Origin: Candidatus Thorarchaeota archaeon
GTDB lineage: Archaea > Asgardarchaeota > Thorarchaeia > Thorarchaeales > Thorarchaeaceae
Length of the DNA: 17,961 bases
Direction: 5' to 3'
Assembly: GCA_048882485.1 (NCBI GenBank)
Contig: JBHLRP010000063.1
Coordinates: 1 to 17,961, forward strand
Made by a program: the position numbers and the translations under genes. Within the stretch, counting starts at the first letter, position 1, and each line of letters starts with the position of its first letter. The notes below the pieces were generated by a model that saw only the letters and a program-made list of their open reading frames with translations, was not told the origin of the DNA and searched no databases. Positions 16,748-17,961 of this stretch are shown here, one piece after another.

Positions 16748-17599
16748 CTAGTCCAAGATTCGAGTCAGTGTCGACGTTCCGCCGCCCCAACTAATAGGAT
16801 AGGTACGAATAATTAATGGAACGCCATTCTCGTACGATACATCTGCATCCCAACCTGGAGCGCCAGTACAACCTATAGAAATCCATCCGAATAGTAAGTA
16901 ATCACCATAGGATTTTGAGAACCAAGGATCCTGAACTCTTGAACCGAACCCACCACGAGGACTATCGTAAAATAGTCTGTCAATGTAGTTCCAATCGCCT
17001 ATGGGTAGAAGTGCGTGTGAAAACAGGCTTTTAGCATCATTTTCAATATCTGGACTAATACTACTACCATTCTCATAGACGGCACTGGCTTTCACATGAT
17101 TCACCAGAGATTCGCAAAATGCCCTACTGTCACAGTACAACGGAATTTCAGGAAGGCTCTCAATAGTAAAGACGATAATCGAGTTGTTCAACTCCAACAG
17201 ATAGTAGTCGAGGAATTCGCCCCCATAATATTCAGACGTGGATTCAACACTATATGAAAACTGATCGCCTTCTTCAATGCCCCAGTAGAGATTACCCGAA
17301 TAGCTAACTGCATGGAATACCATCGCTAGAGATACAAGATTGACTACAAGAATTGCAGCTACAATTTGTTTCCACCGTGTGCCAAGATGACTTTCCAATG
17401 CCATTCTTGCGTTGATGCGGTTTCTGAAAAGCAGGATAATTGCAGCTGATAGAATAACAAGCGGAGAGAGAATAACGGAGAGCGAGAACATCCATAGAGT
17501 TCCAGCGGTATAAAGAAGGATTGGACTGATTAGAATCCCAGATATTATGAATATGCATGCATAGTATGCTCTTGCTGCATGTTCGGATCTATTATTCAC
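16748..17599 (-). CDS. Hypothetical protein, 3 N-terminal TM helices plus probable extracellular domain
   Basis: 283-aa ORF with GTG start; three hydrophobic helices, then WGIEEGDQFSY...LPEIP...LLPIGDW...GVP. Confidence 0.85.
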   Translation of the reverse strand: MNNRSEHAARAYYACIFIISGILISPILLYTAGTLWMFSLSVILSPLVILSAAIILLFRNRINARMALESHLGTRWKQIVAAILVVNLVSLAMVFHAVSYSGNLYWGIEEGDQFSYSVESTSEYYGGEFLDYYLLELNNSIIVFTIESLPEIPLYCDSRAFCESLVNHVKASAVYENGSSISPDIENDAKSLFSHALLPIGDWNYIDRLFYDSPRGGFGSRVQDPWFSKSYGDYLLFGWISIGCTGAPGWDADVSYENGVPLIIRTYPISWGGGTSTLTRILD

Positions 17600-17644
17600 A
17601 CTCTTTCGTAAGGTAATTAATTCACTTTACCTTTTTTGGAATTG

Positions 17645-17693
17645 ATTGACAGTGCGGTGGTCACGTGTTCAAATCACGTCCGGCCCACCATCT
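17645..17693 (+). repeat. Intronless copy of tRNA-Val 3' half (A31 to CCA plus TCT), att-like
   Basis: ATTGACA|GTGCGGTGGTCACGTGTTCAAATCACGTCCGGCCCACCATCT equals 16660-16666 joined directly to 16697-16738; 49/49 identical to the spliced sequence plus trailer. Confidence 0.96.
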
Positions 17694-17761
17694 ACTTCTG
17701 TGTGAATTGCCAACAGCTGACCATGAGCAAATTCTGCTCGATTGTAAAATCATATGGGCAG

Positions 17762-17961
17762 CTAAGGCCAATTGCATCCATCAGAATTATCATTGTCTGC
17801 TATCGTTACTGTTGCACCACTCATAGTATCTTCAATATTGATTCCGAAGTGATTTCCGTATATTGTATTTGATGTGATGATGATTCTGTATGACACCTCA
17901 GCTTTGATAGCATCTCCGTCGTTGTTTGTGATAGTATTGTTATGTATCACTGCATTTGTTA
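17762..17961 (-). CDS. C-terminal part of a right-handed parallel beta-helix (NosD/CASH-like) repeat protein, starting beyond the window
   Basis: Frame is open to the window edge: TNAVIHNNTITNNDGDAIKAEVSYRIIITSNTIYGNHFGINIE with the I.NN.I..N...GI.I repeat pattern. Confidence 0.7.
   Translation of the reverse strand, partial: TNAVIHNNTITNNDGDAIKAEVSYRIIITSNTIYGNHFGINIEDTMSGATVTIADNDNSDGCNWP

Larger units (their letters stand above)
16739..17693 (+). mobile_element. Single-gene islet at tRNA-Val bounded by a tRNA 3'-half direct repeat
   Basis: 42-bp perfect repeat 16697-16738 vs 17652-17693 (955-bp offset) encloses one ORF; no integrase. Confidence 0.7.

Noticed and set aside
17636-17872. 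78-aa Cys-rich + strand ORF
   Set aside because: It runs through the tRNA repeat and antisense to the beta-helix gene; spurious
1-17961. CRISPR array, IS element, integrase or reverse transcriptase
   Set aside because: I saw no regularly spaced repeats and no transposase, tyrosine/serine recombinase or RT motifs in any ORF

Overview
Archaeal chromosomal window. Evidence: TATA-box promoters, archaeal-type tRNAs with bulge-helix-bulge (BHB) introns, and an F420-type LLM oxidoreductase. The gene style suggests an Asgard/Thorarchaeia-like anaerobe (inference only). Most of it is mixed metabolic and accessory genes: PLP aminotransferase, OYE-like flavin oxidoreductase, DUF1801, two GNATs, enolase-superfamily epimerase, TPR protein, methyltransferase, peroxiredoxin, LLM oxidoreductase, cupin, PadR plus HAAS-like membrane partner, dUTPase and several membrane proteins. 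The ORF track misses two micro-proteins: a 37-aa C2H2 zinc finger (24-137, minus) and a 53-aa four-Cys protein (2801-2962). The main signal is at the two tRNA genes. tRNA-Phe(GAA) (9311-9387) and a two-intron tRNA-Val(GAC) (16596-16735) are each followed by exactly one cargo gene and then a direct-repeat copy of that tRNA's own 3' end, with no integrase in the window. The tRNA-Val copy (17645-17693) matches the SPLICED sequence across the 37/38 exon junction, so it lacks the intron present in the functional gene.
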